Shown here: positions 61,627 through 64,000 of the stretch, in pieces | Numbering within the stretch: position 1 is the stretch's first letter | How the letters are laid out: each line of letters begins with the position of its first letter | From: Eledone cirrhosa | Lineage: Eukaryota | Reading direction: 5' to 3' | DNA length: 64,000 bases | Assembly: GCA_964016885.1 (NCBI GenBank) | Contig: OZ024742.1 | Coordinates: 289,416,001 to 289,480,000, forward strand | Made by a program: the position numbers and the translations under genes | Notes under the pieces: generated by a model | The model's input: only the letters and a program-made list of their open reading frames with translations | What the model was told of the DNA's origin: nothing | Databases searched by the model: none

Positions 61627-62010
61627 ATCATCATCATCATCATCAGGTCTAGCGTCCGTGTTCCACGCTTGCATGGGTTTGGACGGGGGTTTTCCCACTT
61701 GAGGCAAGAGTGGTTGTCTTGCTCGCATAGGACTGTCTGGCGGGTTTTCTACAGTTGGATGCCCTTCCTAACACCAACCACATTTACAGTGTGGGGCTGG
61801 GAGGTTTTTACCGTGTTGCCTACACGGCCACATTACAGCGTGGACTGTCTGGCGGGTTTTCTACAGCTGGATGCCCTTCCTAACACCAACCACATTTACA
61901 GTGTGGGGCTGGGAGGTTTTTACCGTGTTGCCTACACGGCCACATTTACAGCGTGGACTGTGTGTTTTTTGTCGTGACACCTACACGATCTCATTTGTTT
62001 CGGCCTGGAT
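61627..62010 (-). mobile_element. SINE-like non-autonomous retroelement with an RTE-type 3' end (5' boundary uncertain)
   Basis: (ATC)6 at 61627-61644 is followed by CGTCCGTGTTCCACGCTTGCATGGGTTTGGACG, similar to the ends of both RTE copies (TTTCCATGCCTGCATGGGTTGAAC; TTTTCCATGCTAGCATGAACTGGATG). The body is more GC-rich than the flanks and shows no RTE-like coding. Confidence 0.6.
61730..61961. repeat. 112/113-bp tandem duplication inside the SINE-like element
   Basis: GGACTGT starts at 61730, 61842 and 61955. The two units differ by about one substitution and one 1-nt indel. Confidence 0.93.
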
Positions 62011-62092
62011 GTTGTGGGACCAACATAACTGTACATTGAAAGGGGCGGTGTGGATGGGGTGGAGGTGGTGGGACAATACATGTTCAACTTAC

Positions 62093-62143
62093 TTTTTCTA
62101 GCTGTGATTTCATAATTTTTCTTTCTTGCTCCAAACGTGTATT
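62093..62143 (-). CDS. Coding exon B (51 nt, phase 0 to 0): NTRLEQERKIMKSQLEK
   Basis: Minus strand reads TATTTTTTTTATTGTAG | AATACACGT...CTAGAAAAA | GTAAGT. It is open and in phase with exons A and C. Confidence 0.82.
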
Positions 62144-62522
62144 CTACAATAAAAAAAATATTTTTGTTTAAGTTTGTTCTCTTTTAATTAGTTAGCTACT
62201 TTAATTAATAAAATAATTTTATGGAAGAACCATTGTAAAGTTATATTCCAAACACCAGATTAATAATAATAAACTTAGTTGTATTACTAAATCTCTCCAA
62301 ATTCTTTATTATTTTCAAGAGGAAGTTGGAGAAATACTTTAATTTTTATAAACTGGGTGTGTTTATTAAGTAGATCACCAACACTAGGGAGGTTATGATG
62401 TCCTTGACACAACCGAAGGGTCCTCCCAACCCTTTGTTTGGCAAAAATATACATATATATTAGTGTTGTTGTGTGAATAAAATGTTTAAGAAAGGCTTGA
62501 AAATACATTGAGGAAAACATAC

Positions 62523-62592
62523 CCAATATTCTTTTTCTTTTCTCAGTTGAAATCTCAATTCTTTGACTTCTTCTTCAAGTACAATATCTCTG
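62523..62592 (-). CDS. Coding exon A (70 nt, or 67 nt via the tandem TAGCAG acceptor; phase 2 to 0): RDIVLEEEVKELRFQLRKEKEYW
   Basis: Minus strand reads AATATTGTTCTGTTCTATTAG | CAGAGATATT...GAATATTGG | GTATGT. The frame is open, E/K/R/L-rich and ends on a codon boundary. Confidence 0.8.
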
Positions 62593-62658
62593 CTAATAGA
62601 ACAGAACAATATTACTTCAATATCTCTGATATTAATAAAAGAACAATATTATCAGGAC

Positions 62659-63213
62659 CATCATCATAGTTTTATGTCTGTTTTCCATGCTAGCATGAAC
62701 TGGATGTGTCTTTTACAGTCATGCATCCTTCCACATATTGTAGTTCTTCATTATCTCAACTGTGAGCTTAAGTGTTTTGAGACCAGCTCTCATATCTTCC
62801 CAGGTCTTTCTTAATCTTTTACTGTGGCTTTCTTCCACTGGGATTTCTTGGCACTTCTTCACCCAACGATCATCATCCATACACATCACATGTCTCGACT
62901 AGCACAGTCTTCTCTCCTGCACACTATATCTGATTCCTCTTATATTCAGTTTTTTTCTCAGCTCATCCATGCTTTATTGTCTACGCATATTAGAATTACA
63001 CATCCAAAGAGGCATGCTTTCGCATATCCTCTGCATTCAATGCCCATATTTCACTACCATCATGCATTGCACACAGGCATCATACAGCTGACCTTTCATT
63101 CATTGAGAGAAAACTTTTGTTATCAACAGAGGTATTAGCTCCCTGGATTTTTTTCCATTCTGTTTTTATTCTAGCTACTATGCTCTCACAGCCCCCTCCT
63201 CCACTACTAATTA
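62659..63213 (-). mobile_element. Decayed RTE-clade LINE, copy 2, 3' part
   Basis: Minus strand gives LISSGGGGCESIVARIKTEWKK / RELIPLL..., GSEIWALNAEDMRK and VQERRLC*SRHVMCMDDDRWVKKC with stops and frameshifts. It has a (GAT)n tail at 62659. Confidence 0.88.
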
Positions 63214-63958
63214 TTAGGTTGTTCCGAAAATAATGGCCGATTCCAGAAACAATTTTATTCTTGAAAAATTAACAACAGAAATTATTTTTGATTAGTCAAA
63301 GTATGAGCCGTGAACATCTATGCCTATTGACTATTCGGTCAAGAAAAGGATCATTGGGGTTTCGCAGAAAGAGCATTGAGCACACTTCAAAATACCAAAC
63401 TTTATGATTTTCATTGAGCTTATGCGGTACCCATTTATCAAGCTTTTTCACCTTACCAATCTTCTGCAGATGGCGTGAGACCGTTGCAATACCGACACCA
63501 AGTGCCTGAGACATTTTTCTGACACTTTGACGTGGGTTTTGTTCAACAATTACTTTCAATTGTTCATTGTCAAGACTACATGACCGTCCACTACTTTCTT
63601 TATCTTCAAGGCTCTCATCACCACTACGAAATTTTTGAAACCACCTTCGTACTGTGCGATCACTTGTGGACCCTTTTCCCCATGCCCTGTTAATATTGGC
63701 AGCTGTTTGGGAGGCATTGTGCCCAAGCTTGAACTCATGCAAGAAAAGTAAGCGAAGGTCCTTTTTTGTCATGTTCATAATTAAGGGCGCCTATGCTTCA
63801 AGAATGTTTTCTGTCTGAAATAAGTATAAAATTATTAAAGAGCATACATCAATTATTAAGTATGTCGAAATTCACCTAAAATATAATTAAAATACTATGA
63901 TAAAATTGCGTTTCAAAACACAACACTTAGAGCGGCCATTATTTTCGGAACAACTTAA
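63214..63958 (-). mobile_element. Internally deleted mariner transposon (Hsmar1-like, cecropia-type), 745 bp, TA target duplication
   Basis: TIRs at 63214-63239 (TTAGGTTGTTCCGAAAATAATGGCCG) and 63933-63958 (reverse complement TTAAGTTGTTCCGAAAATAATGGCCG) match at 25 of 26. TA sits at 63212-63213 and 63959-63960, and a transposase ORF lies inside. Confidence 0.96.
63296..63778 (-). pseudogene. Truncated mariner transposase: bipartite HTH DNA-binding region and WVPHKL linker present, DD34D catalytic domain deleted
   Basis: Motifs LFLHEFKLG, RTVRRWFQKFRSGDESLED, IGKVKKLDKWVPHKL and PFLDRIV match mariner transposases. Homology stops just before the TCDEKW motif, and the native C-terminus IDVHGSYFD* follows out of frame (63321-63292). 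Confidence 0.93.
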
Positions 63959-63960
63959 TA

Positions 63961-64000
63961 GATCACCTAGGTAGCAGAAGCTATCAACCACTTCTATGAA
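63961..64000 (-). mobile_element. RTE-clade LINE copy 2, continuation beyond the mariner (runs off the window)
   Basis: Minus strand FIEVVDSFCYLGD joins LISSGGG in frame when the mariner and one TA are removed. Confidence 0.88.

Noticed and set aside
62041-62072. G-rich patch GGGGCGGTGTGGATGGGGTGGAGGTGGTGGG as a regulatory G4 or GC box
   Set aside because: It is a short isolated intronic tract next to a repeat remnant, with nothing supporting function.
60856-63138. Small ORFs at 60856, 61504, 61669, 61871, 62287, 62563 and 62824
   Set aside because: They are antisense or chance frames over LINE, SINE and MITE remnants, introns or the real exons, and several lack an ATG start.
63556-63738. 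60-aa overlapping ORF inside the transposase
   Set aside because: It is an alternative frame of the mariner ORF with no recognisable motif.
63779-63835. SETMAR-like fusion of the host gene to the co-oriented transposase via the acceptor-like TTTTATACTTATTTCAG (AG at 63816-63815)
   Set aside because: An in-frame TAG lies between this acceptor and the transposase ATG, and there is no transcript evidence.

Overview
Eukaryotic (animal) genomic DNA. About 95% of the window (1-60716) is one uninterrupted tandem array of a 28-bp monomer, CACCAAACACCAACCACTC(T/A)ATATCCTT (~2170 copies). The consensus has no G on the + strand, is built from four 7-bp sub-blocks, and is organised into nested higher-order duplications of about 0.2-0.3, 1.1, 2.0, 4.1, 6.3 and 15.8 kb. 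All ORFs called inside the array are compositional artefacts. The last 3.3 kb is AT-rich unique sequence. Reading the minus strand by hand shows three small, phase-compatible GT-AG exons missed by the ORF track (62523-62592, 62093-62143, 60733-60806). They splice into an open coiled-coil-like peptide, RDIVLEEEVKELRFQLRKEKEYW-NTRLEQERKIMKSQLEK-ERNRLKLLHEKQLSTEVKIEEEEE. The satellite starts only 16 nt after the last exon, so it most likely forms a giant (>=60.7 kb) satellite intron; the alternative is that it directly follows the stop codon. The other introns hold two decayed RTE-clade LINE copies, each interrupted by a TA-targeting DNA transposon (a ~280-bp MITE and a 745-bp internally deleted Hsmar1-like mariner), plus an RTE-tailed SINE-like element. 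The repeat types resemble ones I associate with cephalopod genomes, but the organism is an inference. No rRNA, tRNA, CRISPR or prokaryotic features are supported.
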